The notes under the pieces were generated by a model, which saw only the letters and a program-made list of their open reading frames with translations, ran no database searches and was not told the DNA's origin. A stretch of DNA of 63,944 nucleotides, counting the filler, from Octopus bimaculoides (lineage: Eukaryota): NCBI RefSeq assembly GCF_001194135.2. It is 5 parts of 5 records of this genome, joined end to end, with 100 filler letters (N's around TTAATTAATTAA, not from the genome) between each part and the next. Parts side by side here need not be neighbours in the genome. Positions count along the whole stretch, not along the records: positions 50,485 to 62,704 come from NC_069008.1; positions 62,805 to 63,944 come from NW_026367590.1; 3 more parts are not named here. One strand, 5' to 3'. Made by a program: the position numbers and the translations under genes. This document shows positions 54,582 to 63,944 of this stretch, piece by piece. How positions within the stretch are numbered: the first letter of the stretch is position 1; each line of letters begins with the position of its first letter.

Positions 54582-55769
54582 NNNNNNNNNNNNNNNNNNN
54601 NNNNNNNNNNNNNNNNNNNNNNNNNNNNNNNNNNNNNNNNNNNNNNNNNNNNNNNNNNNNNNNNNNNNNNNNNNNNNNNNNNNNNNNNNNNNNNNNNNNN
54701 NNNNNNNNNNNNNNNNNNNNNNNNNNNNNNNNNNNNNNNNNNNNNNNNNNNNNNNNNNNNNNNNNNNNNNNNNNNNNNNNNNNNNNNNNNNNNNNNNNNN
54801 NNNNNNNNNNNNNNNNNNNNNNNNNNNNNNNNNNNNNNNNNNNNNNNNNNNNNNNNNNNNNNNNNNNNNNNNNNNNNNNNNNNNNNNNNNNNNNNNNNNN
54901 NNNNNNNNNNNNNNNNNNNNNNNNNNNNNNNNNNNNNNNNNNNNNNNNNNNNNNNNNNNNNNNNNNNNNNNNNNNNNNNNNNNNNNNNNNNNNNNNNNNN
55001 NNNNNNNNNNNNNNNNNNNNNNNNNNNNNNNNNNNNNNNNNNNNNNNNNNNNNNNNNNNNNNNNNNNNNNNNNNNNNNNNNNNNNNNNNNNNNNNNNNNN
55101 NNNNNNNNNNNNNNNNNNNNNNNNNNNNNNNNNNNNNNNNNNNNNNNNNNNNNNNNNNNNNGAGAAATTGATAGAGAGATAGAAATAGGGAGAGAGAGAG
55201 AGAGAAATCGACGATGGTATAGGGAGAGAGAGAAAGGGATAAGGGGAGATGTAAAAAGAAAGATAAACAGATAAAAGAAAGTGAGAGACATCAGAGTAGA
55301 TGAGAAACATAGGGGGAGCTAGAGGAGAGGAGGGCATGGAATAGAGAAGGGAAGAGAATACGTACGACATTGCTAGAAATAGATAGAAATACAGAGAAGG
55401 GACGAGAGAAAGGAGGAGATAAAGTGCAAGAGATACATTTGTAAGGGGAAATGAAAGAAGAAAAAGCTAATAGAGAATATCTGAATTAAAAAGAACGGGA
55501 TGGTCACGGCTGGAATATCTTTGATCAAAGAACTATTAGATCAAGTCGGAACTGGCGCAAAACGACGGCAGTAACAACGACAACAACAAACAACAACAAC
55601 AATGACTTGATGATGTGATGTAGTCATAGCGACCGTATTTCTGAATAAACGTGGTGATGGTTATGGCCGGAACGGCTTTGATTATAGATCTCCTCAGTTA
55701 CAGCTGACCGAGGGCTAAGCAAAAAGAAATACTTTGGCTCGTTTCTCCTGGAAAACACACTATGAAGTT

Positions 55770-56040
55770 ATAAGTTAAACCTCAAGCGTCCAAGCTGGAG
55801 CTTATTCCGGTTTCTAAGGCGTTTAAATATCCAAGAATACAAGACTTTCTATTGAAGAGGACGCCAGTCCATCACAAGTGTGGTCCATCCTCCACCTATC
55901 ACTTGTACTTAGTTTCAATAGAGTAGACAGCAGCAATGGGAAAATGAAGTAACTTGCTCAAGCTACAATGTACCCCTCGATTCAGAAGTCACAGTTTCAT
56001 AATCTTGAACCCAGAACCTTAACCATTACACCACTCGTCG
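55770..56040 (-). mobile_element. SINE family B-like, diverged
   Basis: Reverse complement contains cttgagcaagttacttcatt (CORE-like) and cttgtgatggactggcgtc. Confidence 0.6.
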
Positions 56041-56053
56041 TAATCCTATTTCT

Positions 56054-56141
<88 letters not shown>

Positions 56142-56151
56142 NNNNNNNNNN

Positions 56152-56216
<65 letters not shown>

Positions 56217-56315
56217 GTCTGTCTATCTATCTATCTCTTACACACACACATACACACGCACTCCCTCCCTCACATGCGCACCCCACCCTACACACTCATG
56301 CGCGCGCGCACTTAC

Positions 56316-56442
56316 CTTTCTTGGGAACAGAGGCAGCAGCTATGCTTTCACTGGGCAACGGAAGACGTTGTCTGGTCTGTCCACTATGACTGTCCAGTAA
56401 TGTCCACTGCCCGGATGACTGATTCCTTATATTAGTAATATC
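56316..56442 (-). CDS. Candidate internal exon DITNIRNQSSGQWTLLDSHSGQTRQRLPLPSESIAAASVPKK
   Basis: tatttcag| acceptor and AAG|gtaagt donor; 127 nt open in phase 0 to 1. Unique sequence with no recognised homology and no partner exons found. Confidence 0.33.
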
Positions 56443-57736
56443 CTGAAATATCGTGGCCACAAATTCCTGTGATATCCAATGGATTCTCCACTGCAACGGA
56501 GGTCAGCACCGTCTCTAGATGCCAAGCCCAAATTCCTACAAACGCCAATATCATTCACTGCTTTCAAATGTCACCGACGTCGACTTAACCTTTTTTCTGT
56601 TTGGTGTTAATGAAACAAATACCAGTTGATGAATTGAGGTTCATATAATCGACTAGCCTTTCTCTACAAAATTTCAGGCCTATAATAGAAAGAATATCAT
56701 CCACTGCTTTCAGGGTTATCACACTGCCTCTAAATGTCAACACTGTTTCTAAATGTGATACCAGGTCTCAGGTTTTCGACCTGTCCACTGACAGTAAGAC
56801 TATCCGCTTCTGTCAGTAACATCCAATGATATCACAACTCTATATGATAGCCAATGATGTCATCTTAGGTCAGTACATTGGATTGAGATAAACACTGCCC
56901 ACATTGTTATTATATCTCTACTAACCCCAGTAAATTACGTGCGTGACTTTACATAATAAACAGGCACGCTTCACTGTGCACAACGGATAGACAAGCGCGC
57001 GATAAATGCGATGTGCCCGATCTTGTTGCTGGCGTTAGCGACGGTGATGGTGGGCGTGGGTGTGGAGGTCGTGTCGGATGTGAGAGGTGTTGATTCAGGA
57101 GTGGTTGTGANNNNNNNNNNNNNNNNNNNNNNNNNNNNNNNNNNNNNNNNNNNNNNNNNNNNNNNNNNNNNNNNNNNNNNNNNNNNNNNNNNNNNNNNNN
57201 NNNNNNNNNNATATATATATATATATATGTACATATATACACATGTATACATATGTATATACATGTATGGATGGATGCATAGCTCTTCTTAATAGACTGT
57301 AGCAAAGGCTTACAAGTGCTTTACTGATTATATCGAACCGTGCACTTCCTGAGTTATTGAGATTGTTCATTTTTGTGGTGATGAAAGGGAAATCGACTCG
57401 AGTCGGGACAATTAACAGATATATTCGCGCGCGCACACACATACACACACACACACACATTAAAACATACATATACATATAAATTCACATATAGGGTTTC
57501 TCGCAGTCATCCTGTAACTCAGGCGGCCAGGTTTCATATCGAACACAATTATACACTTTGGCTTGTCCGCGTGATTAAGAAGCTCGTTTCAGGTGAACCA
57601 GAGTGGACTTGAGTTTGTTGCGCTCCGTTCATTGAAAGGAAAAAAGAAAAAAAAACAGAGACGTTTCAGCAAGGTAGGTGACTTTGTTTTATCTGAGCTG
57701 GGCGTAATTTGTTATATTGTAATTTTTGTTAATATA

Positions 57737-57818
57737 TTTCGTACAGCTCTGGAACAATTTCGTACAGCTCTGAGACAATTTCGTACAGCTCTGGGACAAT
57801 TTCGTACAGCTCTGGAAC
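57737..57818. repeat. 21-bp tandem minisatellite tttcgtacagctctg(ga/ag/gg)acaa, running into a gap
   Basis: Four copies, then ~590 N. Confidence 0.92.
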
Positions 57819-58844
57819 NNNNNNNNNNNNNNNNNNNNNNNNNNNNNNNNNNNNNNNNNNNNNNNNNNNNNNNNNNNNNNNNNNNNNNNNNNNNNNNNNN
57901 NNNNNNNNNNNNNNNNNNNNNNNNNNNNNNNNNNNNNNNNNNNNNNNNNNNNNNNNNNNNNNNNNNNNNNNNNNNNNNNNNNNNNNNNNNNNNNNNNNNN
58001 NNNNNNNNNNNNNNNNNNNNNNNNNNNNNNNNNNNNNNNNNNNNNNNNNNNNNNNNNNNNNNNNNNNNNNNNNNNNNNNNNNNNNNNNNNNNNNNNNNNN
58101 NNNNNNNNNNNNNNNNNNNNNNNNNNNNNNNNNNNNNNNNNNNNNNNNNNNNNNNNNNNNNNNNNNNNNNNNNNNNNNNNNNNNNNNNNNNNNNNNNNNN
58201 NNNNNNNNNNNNNNNNNNNNNNNNNNNNNNNNNNNNNNNNNNNNNNNNNNNNNNNNNNNNNNNNNNNNNNNNNNNNNNNNNNNNNNNNNNNNNNNNNNNN
58301 NNNNNNNNNNNNNNNNNNNNNNNNNNNNNNNNNNNNNNNNNNNNNNNNNNNNNNNNNNNNNNNNNNNNNNNNNNNNNNNNNNNNNNNNNNNNNNNNNNNN
58401 NNNNNNNNNNNCGCAAGGAAGGGCCTGTAAGAAAAGTGTTGGATGACCAGTGCGACCAAGAAATTATGTTCGCGGAGTGCACAATCAGTCCATTGTGGCC
58501 TCCGCAGGTAACTGCGGAGGTAGTACAACATTCAGTGTTGTCAAGGGCCATGGAGACTCTTGACAAAAAAGAGTTCGCATTCCTTTTCGCGGGCCCTGAC
58601 TTGTCGCTGCAGAGTTATTTGCGGGCTGCAAGTCAACTTACTTGGGGGCCCAAATGATTGGGGGGTTTTTTCATGTCTTTTTAATGGTTTTTATTGAACT
58701 GTTTGAACATTGATTTCGAGGGGTTTTCTGTCGGTGGGCGCTGAATACCCCTCTCATTTATATCATCCATACCTTATCATCCTTCGTGACATTAATGTTT
58801 TTGTCCAGCCCGCTGTGCTTCTGGCAATTCTGAAATAAAGAAGC

Positions 58845-59200
58845 TCGCTTGGTTCGCAACCTTCTGGTTTCAGGTTCTGTCCTACTTCGCGGCACCTTGT
58901 GCAAGCGTTTTCTACTATAGCACCGGATTAACAAATGCATTGTGTGTGAGGTTATAGACGGAAACTGTGTGGAAGTCCATCGTATATGCGTATATGTATA
59001 TGTGTGTGTGTTTGTGTTTGTCTCCACCACTATTCAACAACCAGTATTGGTTTGTTTGCGTTCCCATTAATTTGCAGTTCGGCAAAAGAAATCGATAGAG
59101 TAAATACCAGACTTAAAATCTAAAAGTGAGTTAGATTAAAACCTTCAAGGTAGTGCTCCAGCATGGCCGGATTCCAATCTCTGAGATAAGTAAAAGAAGA
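58845..59200 (+). mobile_element. SINE family A, diverged
   Basis: caggttctgtcc..gcaagcgttttctactatagc..gttcggcaaaagaaatcgatag..gtgctccagcatgg. Confidence 0.75.
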
Positions 59201-59589
59201 GGAAGTAAATATTGGATTGTGATAGCAATTTATCACAGTGAGCAGCCAGAAGAATCGAAAATCTCGACTACATCAAGGGACAATATGTTGCAACACAGAC
59301 TGTGCCCGAACCGGACACCCACCCACCACAGAAATCCAGCCAGAATGAGGGCAATGGTCGACGATAATACTGCAGGTCCAACCAACGACAAAACCGGACA
59401 ATAACACCAATGGAAGACCACTTGTAGAACTTACTGACATTTTCAAATGGTTCTCTTCTAAGAATACTTACTAAATACATGTTACAGTCGAGGACAGGAA
59501 GTTCAAATGCTTTCAGCTATGGGAGAAGAGATCCAGTGACATATTATAGGGTGTTCCACGTGGGGAGGCCTTGAAACAAGACTGTCGTA

Positions 59590-61265
59590 AACTCTTGAAT
59601 TCAGTTTTAGTAAATAACACATGAGCATCCAACATACAGTTTTCCACGAGAGACGCAATGTTCCTCTGATTACAAACCAGTTACTGAAAATGTCCCGCCT
59701 TGATATTTGTTGATGGACATTGCAAAATTTAGTCTAATTGGAAACTGTACATTTTAAAATTATACTGGAAACTCAGTAGGTATTAATGAAATTCTAGTAA
59801 TGAATATTTTATCGTCTGCTCCCCATCCAGAGAGTACAATATCTTCTATAACATGTGGAATCATTTTCTTCACTATAAGTCTTACTCCATTACACAATTT
59901 TGAATGATCTAATTTCTTAGAAGTATTATAGGTGCTCCAAATTTCAAGTCAAGCTTATGAGGAGGTAAGCCTTGTGGTTCCAGTGAGTTTAAAAACTCAA
60001 TTGGATAATTTACTATTTGCGGTTGGCCAACAACAGTGTCAATAGATCTATAAGACTGGCAATTTCCAGGAAGGCAAATTAAGCGATCAATGTTTATTGC
60101 GTTCACTGTTATTTTTTCGGGGCTAGAATTGCCCTTTCACTCAACCATTTGTGATCCTGATGTTGTGCACTGAGATTTGAGAAGACATTGTTAAAATGCT
60201 CTTTCTCTGGTTTCACCATTGTGCAAAAAGGTGATTGATTCATTACACTTTCATTGTCCACAGGTACCCCTCTTTCTCCAAGTATTAATACGTCTTGAGT
60301 AAACTGCTCAGATAATTTACCGCCATTGAAATATGATCGCATATTTCTTTCAAACTCCAGTACTTTTATGCAGCGTCAGAAGTGTGATGATTTAGAGCAT
60401 GCACGAATTTCATCAGCTTTCGTTCCCTTTGGAATAACTGGAAGGGTTTGTCTAAAATCACCAGACAGAACAACAGTCTCACCTCGCATTGGATCATCGT
60501 TATTTCGAATATCTCACAATAACCTGTCAACAGCTTCAACGGCTCTCTCATGTGCCATTGTACATTCATCCCAAACCATCAACTGGAATCTTTTCCGAAT
60601 TTCAGCTCTTCCTGAATTATTGCTGATATTGCTTACATGACTTACATTAGACTACATATTCAATGGAAATTTGAAAACTGAATGGGCTATACGGCCTCCA
60701 GATAGAAGGGTTGCAATGTAATGGCAATTTTTCTTTCCAGTCTCACATTTACCAAAAGTTGTTTTATAAGAAATGTCTTTCTAGTTTCTCCTGGTGCATC
60801 TAGAAAGAATACTTCACCCTTCTCGTGCATAATACTGTCAACTGCTTTGAATGCTTCTCTTTGATTTAGAAATAGCTGTTCGTCATTTTCTTTCACATAT
60901 TTTGCCAGATCATCAATGTTATAATTTGTTTCTCTGAACGTTTCAGATATTAATCTGTTTTCATTGCCACTAATAACTTTAGAAAGTCTGTAATTCTGCA
61001 ACACTTTTCTCCAATGGCTAGGAATTTGTCTTCATTGTTGATCAATACACTATTGTACATCTAATCATTGTAACCCAAAGCAATGTCAAGAAATCTCTGG
61101 TGTACTTGATGCATATAATCATCAGATTGTTCATCTTTATGTTTTACCCATAAGCCGTTTGGATCACCAATTTCAGTTTTTTAAAAAATATAATAACAAA
61201 CAGGAAGCGAACATTTTGCTTGGAAGCCTCCATTTCAAGATTATCTTCGACTGTGAGATGGATAG
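59590..61265 (-). pseudogene. Decayed Helitron Rep/Hel: PIF1-like helicase region
   Basis: FLDAPGETRKTFL, ATLLSGGRIAHSVFKFP, IVWDECTMAH, VLSGDFRQTLPVIP, RAILAPK, YPIEFLNSLEPQGLPPHKL.LK.GAPIILLRN, GKLYVGCS; upstream DP..LW.KHK..DDY. Confidence 0.93.
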
Positions 61266-61372
61266 CCATCATCTCCAAGTGTGTGAAGCAGCAGACCCGC
61301 TAATTTTATCTACGACCCACCACTGATACATACATACATACGTACATACATACATATATACATACGTATATA

Positions 61373-61448
<76 letters not shown>

Positions 61449-61951
61449 NNNNNNNNNNNNNNNNNNNNNNNNNNNNNNNNNNNNNNNNNNNNNNNNNNNN
61501 NNNNNNNNNNNNNNNNNNNNNNNNNNNNNNNNNNNNNNNNNNNNNNNNNNNNNNNNNNNNNNNNNNNNNNNNNNNNNNNNNNNNNNNNNNNNNNNNNNNN
61601 NNNNNNNNNNNNNNNNNNNNNNNNNNNNNNNNNNNNNNNNNNNNNNNNNNNNNNNNNNNNNNNNNNNNNNNNNNNNNNNNNNNNNNNNNNNNNNNNNNNN
61701 NNNNNNNNNNNNNNNNNNNNNNNNNNNNNNNNNNNNNNNNNNNNNNNNNNNNNNNNNNNNNNNNNNNNNNNNNNNNNNNNNNNNNNNNNNNNNNNNNNNN
61801 NNNNNNNNNNNNNNNNNNNNNNNNNNNNNNNNNNNNNNNNNNNNNNNNNNNNNNNNNNNNNNNNNNNNNNNNNNNNNNNNNNNNNNNNNNNNNNNNNNNN
61901 NNNNNNNNNNNNNNNNNNNNNNNNNNNNNNNNNNNNNNNNNNNNNNNNNNN

Positions 61952-61987
<36 letters not shown>

Positions 61988-62007
61988 GTACATACATACA
62001 TATATAT

Positions 62008-62488
62008 ATATATATCTGGGCTAGTCAGATGTTGGTTCAACTCTGCAATCAATTTAGGGGCAGTTGTCCGGTGATATTTCATCACAATGCGATTCAAAAC
62101 GCGTCGGTCTCTTTCAGTGAGCTTCGAAATCCTGCCGGACTTACTCCTTCTGCTGGAGGTTTTGCCCTAGTTCAGTCATGGTCCTTGATAGGGTAGCTCT
62201 CGAAAACCCAAGGAGTTCAGCTGTTCTGGTGACAGAAGGTCCTGTCTCTCGAGCTCCAATAGTTTGCCCTTTTCCGAACTCAATGAGGTCACGCATCTTA
62301 GCTTAATCAATCTACGATCTGAAAAAGAGATAGAAATAATCATTAAATTAGATAAATAAAATCATCTACAATACAAAAAAAGCAAACAAACACTCACAAT
62401 GAAATTTAGGTGGATATTCGTAACATAATGGCTCATTGAACTATCGGAGTTAAATTTCTACTTTTCCAAAAATTTTGTCCAACCCCTG
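62008..62488 (-). mobile_element. Tc1-like transposon 5' end: TIR plus paired-like DNA-binding domain fragment
   Basis: TA|CAGGGGTTGGACAAAA terminus at 62488. Translation DLIEFGKGQTIGARETGPSVTRTAELLGFSRATLSR then SGRISKLTERDRRVLNRIVMKYHRTTAPKLIAELNQHL. Confidence 0.88.
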
Positions 62489-62804
62489 TATATATATATA
62501 TATATATATAATATATGAGTATATGCATATATATGTACATGTATGTACATACCTTCATCCACATGTACATATGGATACATAACTGGATACATGACGTGGC
62601 AAAAGAACGTGGACAAAATGATAAACAAGGTGCAACAAACAAGCAGGCCACATAGAAACATCTCCTTCATCAGCTGCCACCATTAAAACACCGGCGTTTC
62701 GAAGNNNNNNNNNNNNNNNNNNNNNNNNNNNNNNNNNNNNNNNNNNNNTTAATTAATTAANNNNNNNNNNNNNNNNNNNNNNNNNNNNNNNNNNNNNNNN
62801 NNNN

Positions 62805-62895
62805 GAACGTAACTAAGAAAGACGGAAATGATAGCGAGGAACAGAACGTAACTATGAAAGACGGAAATGATAGCGAGGAACAGAACGTAACTAAG
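62805..62895. repeat. 39-bp tandem repeat x2.3 (NVTKKDGNDSEEQ if translated)
   Basis: gaacgtaacta(a/t)gaaagacggaaatgatagcgaggaaca at 62805 and 62844, partial at 62883. Confidence 0.9.
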
Positions 62896-63519
62896 TTTGA
62901 AACCCAAGATACAAAGCAAGAAAAACTGTTGACAAGACACAAGATGAGACTAAACTGGTGGACTGTGTTGAGGGAACAGAAGGAAAAGGCGAAGGGAAAG
63001 GAAGGATAATCGGAAAGGTAGATTTTTAAAATATTAGAACAATACTTTTCTACAGTAAGGGTGTAGAAACGGAAAAAACGATAGCTAAGATAAAAGGATT
63101 GGTGCGACTGAAATTAGTACGCGGAACGTTTCCCGATAAAACAAAAGCAATATTGGTGGAAGAATGGATAGCGAAGAAGCTGCGAGAAATGAAAAGATTT
63201 AATTTCCAACTAAGTGGGTTATATATGGGCTACAACACTTTGCCAAGCGTCGTAACGGTGGAGGAGCTGAAACCATACATAATAAGGAAAGAATAAGAAC
63301 TGTATAAGAAAACTGTGAAATGAAACTGCGAGCTTTGGGGGACTTGTAAGCCATTCCATCATCGTATTGTAAGTTACTCATTTCATCTCATAATTCGATC
63401 TATGTACCCCACGTTTTGTGTTGTCTGTCCTTGTAATGTCCCCCTTCTTTGTAAATGAGGCCTTCGTGCCTATTATAAAGAGAAAAGGTGATTGCATCAT
63501 TAAAACTAGAAATGGAATG

Positions 63520-63944
63520 GAAGAACATATCGTGCTGAAGAAATTGAATTAAAATCGTTAAAAGATATGTTCATAAACAAGTTTAAAAATACTATTGGAA
63601 AGTAAACCGAAAATTAATATGAATGAGCGGAGCGCAGGTTCAAATCATTATTCAGTAAGTGATGATGTATTTATTATATATACAAAGTGTGGTAATACCT
63701 GAAGCACTGCAAAACAGAATACTGAAAGACTTCCATGTAAGACATCCGGGGATTGCCAAGATGAAATGCCTCACGAGGAGTTACGTGTATTCTCCGAATA
63801 TGGACAACAAATTAAGAAACTCTTAAAACAATGTAGGGGATGGGCTATGGCAGGAAAAGCTTTCCCATTGCAGATGCAGCCGTGGCAAAAACGTACTCAG
63901 CATGGTCTAGAGAGCACGTGGATTTCGCAGGACCAATAAACGGC
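63520..63944 (+). pseudogene. Decayed Ty3/Gypsy pol: integrase zinc-binding region and start of the core
   Basis: VVIPEALQNRILKDFHVRHPGIAKMKCLTRSYVYSPNMD, CRG.AMA, WSREHVDFAGPING; frameshifted and runs off the window. Confidence 0.9.

Overview
Repeat-dense, AT-rich eukaryotic DNA from a gappy short-read assembly. It is most likely an octopus or other coleoid cephalopod; this is inferred from the tRNA-derived SINE families, the RTE LINE and the very high microsatellite density, not from a database match. I found no confidently identifiable host gene. Almost all ORFs in the supplied track are artefacts of microsatellites or N gaps. Transposon content: a decayed piggyBac transposase, RTE LINE pieces, a near full-length R4/Dong-type RLE retrotransposon inside a (TAA)n tract, fragments of other RLE retrotransposons (two copies flanked by (ATGT)n), a Helitron PIF1 helicase, a Tc1 fragment and MITE, a Gypsy integrase, a CR1/Jockey-like RT relic, and at least four SINE families. 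Most notable non-obvious signals: (i) minimal type-I hammerhead ribozyme motifs, (ii) an ~840-bp foldback palindrome, (iii) an inverted-repeat-bounded ~600-bp unit carrying CCAAT, two RFX X-boxes and an NRF1 palindrome, (iv) a CpG-decayed domain at ~14.5-31 kb suggesting a methylated gene body, and (v) a five-copy head-to-tail SINE array. A few weak candidate exons are flagged at low confidence.
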